From Takakia lepidozioides (taxonomy: Eukaryota; Plantae; Bryophyta): a DNA stretch of 64,000 nucleotides. Below, one piece after another: positions 52,006-61,194 of this stretch. The translations under genes and the position numbers were made by a program. Location: contig CM060733.1 of NCBI GenBank assembly GCA_030704615.1, positions 50,282,001 to 50,346,000 of the forward strand, in the 5' to 3' direction. The notes under the pieces are model-generated. The model ran no database searches. It was not told where the DNA came from and saw only the letters and a list, made by a program, of their open reading frames with translations. Position 1 is the stretch's first letter. Each line of letters begins with the position of its first letter.

Positions 52006-52981
52006 TGTTAGAGGACTGTCTGGGACTTAGGCACTTTTACGGGATCTGTGGGGTACCCTTAATTTTTCCAAAGACTGAGACCAACAGGAGCCTTAGGGGT
52101 GACAACAGCGCACTTTAGGAGGGGGTTACACAGCCCGTCACAGTCCGACACAGCCAGACACAGCCGACACAGCCAGTCATAGTCAACACATCCCGTCACA
52201 GCCACACAGCCAGTCATAGCCCGACACAGCCCAACACAGTCGCACAGCCAGTCACAGCCCGACACAGCTGGTCACAGCCGGTCACAGTTTCACACAGCCA
52301 GTCACAGCTTGACACAGCTGTCACGACCATAGGGAACGGATAGCAGGACAGGGAATGACTGTGGGGAACAACATCTGCGAATGGAACATGTTAGTTCACG
52401 GATGACGGTTAGTGAGGGAAACGGTTAGAACAACGGGTAGGAAGATAAAGCCAGGAGCAAAGACTGGAAAGGGATCAATTCTGGGGGAGCACTTCTGGGG
52501 GGACTTCGGACATCACTGGGGGAAATGAGGCAGAGAGCGCATCTCTGAGCAGAAAGAGGGAGAGCACGGAGTAGGAGGAGGATGATCTGTTGATGCTTGA
52601 TGAATGCAAGCAGTAGAGTTGTAATGTAGAGCAGATTAGAGACTCCATGGCTTCAGCCTGATACTTGATAGATATTAATCTGATACATACTTCATACTCA
52701 CACTGTGTAGAGAGATTTGAGTGAAGCTGTGGAATGAATGGATGAGTTGATGGAATCCGATAGATTGACGAAGCAAACTGATACTTAATTACCAACAGTA
52801 AGGTAACTAGCAAACATGAATGCGGGAAGGAAAACAAATAGGAAACACCCCCATGATACACTAGCTGTAGGTCATGACTGATTGTTCTGAGCGGGCTGAG
52901 TGCTTAGAGATTTCCAACTCTTCTATCTTGGAGTTTCCGCCTCGGATAGCGAAGGGATGGGTGAGTAAAAGCCGCGCAACA
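52006..52981 (+). repeat. 3' LTR (976 bp)
   Basis: TGTTAGAGG...GCGCAACA; longer CACAGCC-type array than the 5' LTR. Confidence 0.95.
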
Positions 52982-53279
52982 ATAGACTAGAATAATTACC
53001 TCACATTTCTGTATCAGACTCTTGTGGCACCAGCTCTCTCTACAACTGAGCTAACCAAAAGCAAAGAAAACAATATTCTCAGCTAGAGGCTTTGTTATTG
53101 CAAATTCCCACCAGTGAATGGGATCCAGATGAATTTTCCAGTACCGCTAGAAGTGTTAACCATCAATCACCCTCTTTCATGCATTACCATTGCTGCCGTA
53201 TCATGTTCACAATAGCACTGTTGGCGCAGTTGTTAGATTACCTAAGATAGTGACAGGTACTTTTTCCTCGTTGTAAGAA

Positions 53280-53665
53280 TCAGCATGGGGACGCACCAAA
53301 TCGCTTGCCTGTGGAATACCGCAGCGGAGCAGCATCATGGACAGGGGATGGTGTCATAGAGAGGGGTCGAATTGTGTTCTGGACAGCCAAATTTTTCCGT
53401 GTCAGGCAGCCCTGGGCAGGCTTGGCAAGGAGTGAGCGGAGGATTGGGCTCACATCCTCAGTAAACTTTATCATGAGGAAGAAGATAAGTCTGTAGCCAA
53501 TGACCATGCCAAAGACAACTGCCAAATTTTCCCACTTGCTTCGGTTGGTATCGATCTGATAGAGCATACATATGGAAGCCTATGTAAGACATACGGTAGC
53601 GCCAGACGGCCTTAGGCAGATATTTGGGGGGTCGGGAAAATCCCGCCACCAGCATATATATACCC
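53280..53665 (-). pseudogene. ABCG half-transporter (ABCG11-like) last-exon fragment with internal deletion
   Basis: QGIYMLVAGFSRPPKYLPKAVWRYRMSYIGFH...IDTNRSKWENLAVVFGMVIGYRLIFFLMIK. Confidence 0.8.
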
Positions 53666-53744
53666 TGAGCCACAAACAGGGTAATATTATGCAATGACGA
53701 ATCTCTCTCAAACACTCCCTCTACTTTATGCTGTCTACAACATG

Positions 53745-55322
53745 AATAATTGTGCCTAGGGCTGCCAGGCTTGCACACACATTGCAAATGCACAAGAACA
53801 TGATGTGATTTGGCTTCACCCCTTTCCTGCATCATTTGCTCATAGGTCTCCATAGCCTCCATCCCACACCCATGCTGCTGTCATGGCACTCCAAGACACC
53901 ACATTTTGTTTAGCCATATTGTCGAACACTCCCTTCGCGTCGTCAATGCACCCACATTTGGCATACATATCCACCAGGGCACTGTTCGAAATGACATCTG
54001 GTACAATTCCAGCTTTGACAATGTCGCTATGAACCTCTCTGCCCTTCTCTAGGGCTACAAGGCTTGCACACACGTTGCAAACACCAACACACGTGATGTG
54101 GTCAGGCTTCACCCCTTCCCACATCATTTGCTTGTAGGTCTCTATAGCCTCCATCCCGTGCCCCTGCTGTGCATATCCTGCGATCATGGCACTCCAAGCC
54201 TACCACACTCATTTGGCCATATGGTCAAACACTCCCTCCACATCCTCGATGCACCCACATTTGGCATACATGTCCACAAGGGTGTTGTTCAGAACCACAG
54301 CTGGAATTTGTTGAATGCTTCCACATCTTTTGCTCATAGGTCCCCAGAGCCTCCATCCCACACCCATGTTGGGCATATCCTGTGATCATCGCATTCCACG
54401 ACACCACATCCCGTTCAGGACAAATACTCTCTTTGCAACCTTCATGCTCCCGCATTTTGCATACATGTCAACAACGCTATTGTTCAAAATCAGATTTGGT
54501 ACAAGTCCAGCTTTCATATGTCAGCATGGACCTCTTTGCCGTTTTCCAGGGCTGCCAGTCTCGCACAAGTTTTGAGAATGCAAACAAATGTGACCTGATA
54601 GGGCATCACCCCTTGTTGTATCAGTTGATCATATGTCTCGAAGGCATTCCTACCACAACCATGCTTGGTATATCCTACCACCATATTGTTGAACACTAGA
54701 CATGCCTCCCTTACACTCCCATATTTGGCATACATGTTAACAAGGGAAGTCTCCCAATTAATGTATGACGAAATTCCAGCTTTGATAATGTCAGCATGGA
54801 TATCTTTGCCCTTCTCCAGGGCCACCATGCTGGCACCAACATTGAGAACACAAATGAATGTGGCTTGCACAAGCATTACAAATGCACACAAACATGATGT
54901 GGTCGGGCTTCCCCCCTTCCCCCATCATGGACCTCTTTGCCCTTTTCCAGGGCTGCCAGGCTTGCACAAGCATTGCAAACGCTCACAAACATGATGTGGT
55001 TGCATTTCACCCCTTCCCCCATCATTTGCTCATAGGTCTGATCCAAGGCCTCCATCCCGCGCCCCTGCAAGCATACCCTGCAAGCATGGCGTTCCATGAC
55101 ACCAAATCTCGTTCAGCCATATTGTTGAACACTCCCTCCGCATCCTCAATGCTCCCACATTTGGTATACATGTCCACGAGGGTATTGTTCAGAATCACAT
55201 CTGTACAGCTTTGGCGATGCAATCATGCACCTCTTTGCCCTTTTCTAGGGCTGCCAGGCTTGCACACGCACACAAACGTGATGTGGTCGCGCTTCACCCC
55301 TTCCCCCATCATTTGCTCATAG
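53745..55322 (-). pseudogene. PLS-type PPR array, heavily frameshifted
   Basis: Repeated VSWNAMIxGYAQHG.GMEA / GVKPDHITFV...NACASLAALEKG.EVH / NTLVDMYAKCG.IEDA. Confidence 0.9.
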
Positions 55323-55786
55323 GGGGGGCTGCTATTTCATGAGCCATGAGCCATGAGCGGCATGAGCCATGAGCAGAGTCGTAAGTGTGGAAAAAAACAT
55401 GAGCAACACTATTTTCCGGAAATGAGTGTCCGCGGGAATAGGGTTTAGGGTGCCACGGTCATAGGGGGAGAAGGACCTCCCGATGAAGGAGGTTCGGCAA
55501 TGTTATTTAGAATTATATATTGAAAGGCAATGTTTCGCGAATGGAAGGGTGGTACTGCTCTGTACAATGGGGGCCCATTTCAGCCTACCAGCCACTTGCA
55601 AAATCCACCCACACTCCCAATCCCAAACGAAATGAGCAATGACGCATTCTTGGAACGATGGACACAAAATAGAATAAAAAGAGGGCACAATGAGGTTTTT
55701 ATTGATCCACATGAATTGCATTTGAAGCACGTCTACTGTGCTCATTGTGCAATCAAATCTTTAGCCCTGTGCTTACTGAATACAAG

Positions 55787-56350
55787 TCACGTTGTCAATG
55801 GGACTTCGACTGCTCTCAGAACTAGCTCATGAGTCATGGGGCTCCTCCAGGTAAAGTCGATTGCAGCCGTTGTACCGCCCCTAGTGATGTTCACCACAAT
55901 GTCCTGCCCTTCAATCATACCACCATCGAATATGGAAATCTTCACGTTTTCGTCGTCCACACCAATGCGAATGTCCCCATACAATGGAGAAGAGGAGCGC
56001 ACTCCTTCAGGAGAATAGGTCTCTCCGATGGAGTCCACCCACGTCCAGTGGCAGCAGTTGCACCGCAACAGCATAGCAGTGCGCCTTCTTCTGCATGGGT
56101 GACCGTCGTAGCTGGGAAAATCGGAATCGAGGATGCGCAGGAGCCACAGACTCCTCAGACCAAGATCGTCACCCCGCTTGAAGGCGTAGTGGCCTAGGAT
56201 ATACTCAAAAGCCACCAATGTTTCCACAATCGAACCAGTATCTTCTCTGTAATCTGTGTACCAGATAACAATGTCTCCCGATGTGGCCGAATACATTGCA
56301 TAATCGATGCCTCCAAATGGGCAGTCGTCCCGGTTCCGGAAGCACGGCAT
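55787..56350 (-). CDS. Orphan 187-aa protein, paralog A
   Basis: Uninterrupted ORF from MPCFRNRDD; aligns end to end with 56903-57481. Confidence 0.65.
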   Translation of the reverse strand: MPCFRNRDDCPFGGIDYAMYSATSGDIVIWYTDYREDTGSIVETLVAFEYILGHYAFKRGDDLGLRSLWLLRILDSDFPSYDGHPCRRRRTAMLLRCNCCHWTWVDSIGETYSPEGVRSSSPLYGDIRIGVDDENVKISIFDGGMIEGQDIVVNITRGGTTAAIDFTWRSPMTHELVLRAVEVPLTT

Positions 56351-56902
56351 CCTTGCAAAGGAGGACCTGAGGACGACTTGGATGCCGATGACAATGACCT
56401 TGCGGACAGCTACGAAGCCCTTAGATTTTGGAAATGATGCGAAGCGGAAGAGCAGTCCGGCCTCCAATAATGGAGCATCTGGGTCCCACGTACCCACCGA
56501 CGGAGGTGGAACGTGTTCATCACGCCAGCGGTGGATGAACCCATACATCTTTCTCATCAACAAGTTATAGTTTGAGATCTGCCACCGAAGTCCATCCCCC
56601 CGGATGGAAATTCGGCGCCGCATTTACATCGAAGAGGGGATGGACTTCGTCGTGTCCAGTGGCTATCGGCCCACCTGGCAGTGACTGCCCATAGTTTGCA
56701 TGGCAGGGTAGGAAACTGAAACGGCTACATTCATGTAGCAGCCAATCTTCATCGGTCCAGGAGTAGGGGGGAAATTTAAATGTGCCCTGGAGTGTTTGTG
56801 AGGAATTGCAGCGTTAGCTTGAACTTTTTCCAGCCACCGCGCTGCTCCTCCTCCATCCGGGAGCTGCTGTCATTGAGCGTACTCCGCTACTCTTTTTCAA
56901 GG

Positions 56903-57481
56903 ATGCCGTGCCGCCGAAATCCAGCCGACTACCCTTATCATGGCCACGATTATGCTATGTTCAAACCAGAATCAGGAGACATCATTGTCTGGCTCTCTGT
57001 TTTCACAGACGCTGCTGGAATCAAGCAAGAGTCTTTGCGCGCAATGGAGTATCTGGAGGGCTATTACCGCTTTGAGCGAGGTGAGGGCGAGGGTCAATGC
57101 GGTCCGTGGGTTCTGAAAATTGTTGACCTCGATATACCAAGCTGGAAAGGGATGCCGGACAGATCATGCACGGCCTCGCTTTGGCGCTGGAACTGCTGCC
57201 AGTGGACCAGGGAGGACGGCACCGGGGAAAACTATATATGTGCATATCACTCCGCTCTTCCAGTGTATGGAGACATTCGGCTGAGTTGCGAAGACGAATC
57301 GCACGGGCACATGAGGCCCACAGTGACCTTGTCAATGTATGATGGTGGTATCATTGATGGACATGACATTGTCGTCGGCTCCAGCAAGGGCAGCAGAACG
57401 ACCGAATTGCAGTTGACCTCGAGGTGCCGCAGCAGTAATGAGCTTGTTTTGAGGGGTATCGAAGTTCCGTCGACTTGGTGA
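56903..57481 (+). CDS. Orphan 192-aa protein, paralog B
   Basis: Uninterrupted ORF from MPCRRNPAD; shares DYAM..SGDI.W, EY..G.Y.F.RG, NCC.W, YGDIR, DGG.I.G.DIVV, ELVLR..EVP with paralog A. Confidence 0.65.
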   Translation: MPCRRNPADYPYHGHDYAMFKPESGDIIVWLSVFTDAAGIKQESLRAMEYLEGYYRFERGEGEGQCGPWVLKIVDLDIPSWKGMPDRSCTASLWRWNCCQWTREDGTGENYICAYHSALPVYGDIRLSCEDESHGHMRPTVTLSMYDGGIIDGHDIVVGSSKGSRTTELQLTSRCRSSNELVLRGIEVPSTW

Positions 57482-57723
57482 AGCCCATGTAGAAGGAGGA
57501 AGGGCTTAGTTTTGTCTGCAGTTGGTAAATGTGAGACATCGTGTCCGATCAATAAACCCATCGTACCTCACTTCTGTATGATTGTGTTTCATCTGTTGAA
57601 TAACTGTCGGAATTGGCCCACTGTTTACAATTTGATGTCTCATTTCTACAATTTGTCTGTTCGGATGAATATACCAGAGTAACCGGTATGAGAGTCATGT
57701 GTCAAGAATATACCAGAGTAACG

Positions 57724-58427
57724 CCATGTCGGCATTGAAATGCGGCACCCCATTTCCATGTCGGCATTGAAATGCGGTGCCGCATTTCAATGCCGACATG
57801 GAAATATATGAACCGCATTTCAGTGTCGGACAATGGAATGCGGTGCATCATTTCCGTCCAGGTACACGAAATACCAACACGGGTCTATAAATTGGACAGA
57901 CAACGAGGTTGGCATTGCAAATGCGGCGACGCATTTCCAGCTTGGCAATGGAAACTTCTTTTTGGACAAGGGAATGCGGTGCCGCATTTCCGTCCAACAC
58001 TTCGAAAAGTGTGATATTTCCGACCAGCGCGATGGAATGCGTTACCGCATTTCCGTGAGAGGGTTTGCAAATGGACAAATTGCGATGTCCGTTCTTCAAA
58101 TGCGGCGCCGCATTTCCATGTCCGTCATCGACCTTTTTTTGACAATGGAATGCCGTGCCAATTTTTGCTGATGGGCCTGCAGTTCGAACAACGACCATCC
58201 CCAATATGGAAATGCGGCACCGCATTTCCAATTCCGCCATATTGACCTCCTTGTTCGACCTCCTTGTTCGACCTCTGTAAGCGGGGTGGCATCCATGCAA
58301 TGAGCGGGAGAGGCCAAAACTGGCGTGTGGACAAAGGAAATTTTGGAAATGCGGCACCGCATTTCCAATCGGCCGATTACTTTTTACTATGCCAACATTG
58401 AAATGGAAAATTTAGTCCCTTGTAGTG
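57724..58427. mobile_element. CACTA element right end with palindromic subterminal repeats
   Basis: About 10 copies of GGAAATGCGG-NN-CCGCATTTCC, ending in CCCTTGTAGTG (reverse complement CACTACAAGGG) at 58427. Confidence 0.75.
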
Positions 58428-60738
58428 TGAATGCAGGGAGTAAAAATCTCAAGTTTGTGTTTGGCATCAGGTTTCGGCACTACTACAAAGGGAGTACCCT
58501 TCGTGCTAATGAAGGGGAGGAATTGACCATAACTTGAGGTAATTCCATGGAAGGACTATGCTATTTATCTGCCAAGAACAAAATATGGCTAAGTTATGAC
58601 ATGCACCTTTTTCATCCCTAGGATGAATGATTTTCATCCATGATGTTGAACCCTAGAAGCGGGATGTGAAATTCGAAGGGGAAGAGTGCGTGGATCTTTT
58701 CGCAGCTGCTGCAGTGGTGTTGGCAGCACAGGATATCTGAGAAGGTTCCACCTACGCAAAGGGTATCAGCTTGCTTTTAAGAGAAATGTTAAGAGCTCCT
58801 GCTTGGCTTTCTGTGCAAGAAGAAGCGGTGCCGCCTTCTTCGTAAGCAATGATCAAACCTGAGGGATCGGGTTTGTGATAAGGGCGGTGCACCACTGCTG
58901 TCGCCATGGTATTTGTGAGCACATTAATGAGGAGATGGAGTGGCTCAGCAGGTGTTGGGGGATGAGAAATGCAGGCTGGTGTGTATTATCGCCTCAGGTT
59001 GTCAGTGATCAAATCTTGTAGCTGCTGTCTGTTTTTGAGCTGTAGGACCAGATCACTTTGTAAGGGAATCAGCTTGCCTTAAAGAGTGACGTTGAGGGAT
59101 CTGGCTTGGCTTTCTGTGCAAGAGGAAGCGGTGCCGCCTTCTGGTGTGTATGGCGCTTAAGCTATCTATAAATAAGTTATGTATCTGCTCTCTGTCTTAA
59201 GGGCTGTAGGACCAGATCACCTCATAGGGAGGAAATGCACATGTAGAAGGATAGGGTAGAGGTTGGCAGGCACAAGGATGTGCCAGCAGCTGAAGCAGAG
59301 CCGTCATGCCTTAATGAGGACTGGAATCACGATAAGAAGAAACGTCGGAGATGGCTGACGAGGGAGAGGATAAGGTGCCTTCTTGACAGGCAGACCCACC
59401 ACTTCAAGGAGTATAAGACAGATAAGTTTGAGGAGTGTTGGCCCCCTTTTTTGGGTTTTTGGTTGCTTAGAAATCGCTTTGTGAAGTTTGAACTGTCTCT
59501 TGTATGTAGTAAGAGACACTGACATGTGAGGAAGAAAAAGAGCTTTGTAAATGGAATGAAGACACTGGACTTCAAATCAGGATGGGCTGGAGATGGATGC
59601 ACCTGCTATTACATTGTACAGTAGGAAAATGAATGGAAACAGGGTAGACTCGTTGCTGGGACAGAATGGTTACTGTTGTTGTATTCTTGTTCCTTGTTTC
59701 AACGTCATGAGCTTGTACAAACAATCTAGCCTGGGATGTTGACACATTGCAGCCAATGTGGAACTAGCTTAGTAGGTAGAGGAAACCAGAGAGGGTTAGA
59801 TAGAACTGTTTGGAAACAACAAGAAGGGATGATGTGGATGGGGCAGAAAAACCAGCATCTGTTTGGGTTTGGATCTGATTCTCAGAGTGCTCTCAGCCCA
59901 TGAACCACTGAGGTTCACAGCTGATGGGAAAAAGAGAGCTGTCAGGGTGTGTAAATTGAGACCTGTAGAAGGGTTGAGAGCTGTCTTGGGCAATGGTTAT
60001 ACCTGGGAAAAGTGGAGTGTGAAGCATCTGTCATTGGCAAGAGAGGGACTGATAAAAGGGCTGATTATATCTTGTGTGACCAAGGTTGATTTCAATGCTG
60101 GGTGCACTGGATGCTTGGCTGAATGCGCATTGCATTGCATCATAGGCATGTTACAGTGGAAAGAGTGAGGAACCCACTTATCCTGAAAGAAAGAGAGAGG
60201 GAGAGAGAAAAGGACACAAGGGAGAGAGTTGACCAGCAAGAGGTTATGATGAGGAATGGATGATTGGGGAGGTAAGATAAAGAAAGCATGAAACCATGAA
60301 GGGCCAAACTGGTGGGCCTGCAAACTCATGGCAGATCTGCGTTGCCGCCTTCCAAATCGTGATCTTGTTACAAAGGGGATTCCACGTATTGTTGACCAAG
60401 AGAGCTGCCCACAAGGGCAGTGGTCATCACTGACGTAGGGCTGGTTGCATCACTGAAGACCGCATGGTAACATGGCTGGTGCAGTGTATCAGGGAAAGGA
60501 TGTCGTGTAGAAGTAGAACCACGGGTGAAAACAATACAGACTCCCCATCCATGTCTTCTCTTCCGCTGCGGCGTGGATGAGGATTGTGCGAACTCTGATC
60601 ACGAAGGACCTGATGGAAACCCACACCGAGTGACGATGGTTGGATCAGCTGAGAGGGAGAGCTCCTTTCCTTCCCTCCGATTGACCTAGGGAAGAGCACA
60701 ACTAGACTTGCACAGAAGGGGATTCACGCCCCTTCTTT

Positions 60739-60750
60739 TGGTATCAGAGC
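60739..60750 (+). promoter_or_regulatory. Primer-binding site (initiator tRNA-Met)
   Basis: TGGTATCAGAGC upstream of gag. The sequence upstream is probably the LTR; its start was not resolved. Confidence 0.85.
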
Positions 60751-61194
60751 TTTAGGATGTTAAATCTTGATTTCTACTAGCTAGGGATCTTGACTGGTAT
60801 TGGATGGTTTGATGGCAGGAAGAGACCACACACTGATTCCTGATGAACCAAGCATTGGAGATGTGCTGATTTGCTTCAGCAGACGCACACCAAATGCACA
60901 CGCAGACCCTTGTTTGTACTTCTTCAACCCTGCTTGGAGAATAGCCAATGGTGATTTATGTCTTAGAGTGATTCATACTGGTGGAAGAACAACCATAGCA
61001 CTTTGGATAAGAGAGTTAGGAAGGTGGGTGAAGATAAATACCATGGCACGAGAGGTGACATGGGGAGGTAGAGTAGAGATGTTGCGAAATGGACAGTGGG
61101 AGTGGTATAGAGGTCAACATTAAGGGAGTTGCGGAAAAATTAGAGTCAGAATTAGGTGTTGAAACAGTTTGAACTTTGATTAGAGAATAGAAGG

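Larger units (their letters stand above)
39829..52981 (+). mobile_element. Full-length Ty3/Gypsy LTR retrotransposon (13,153 bp) with extra ORFs; no chromodomain seen
   Basis: TG..CA LTRs, TSD ATAGA (39824-39828, 52982-52986), PBS TGGCGACCATACTGGGGA after the 5' LTR, PPT GAGAGGGAAAGGGG before the 3' LTR. Confidence 0.96.

Noticed and set aside
57724-58370. Semi-regular palindromic repeats as CRISPR
   Set aside because: Degenerate, irregular and adjacent to a CACTA terminus, so read as subterminal repeats.
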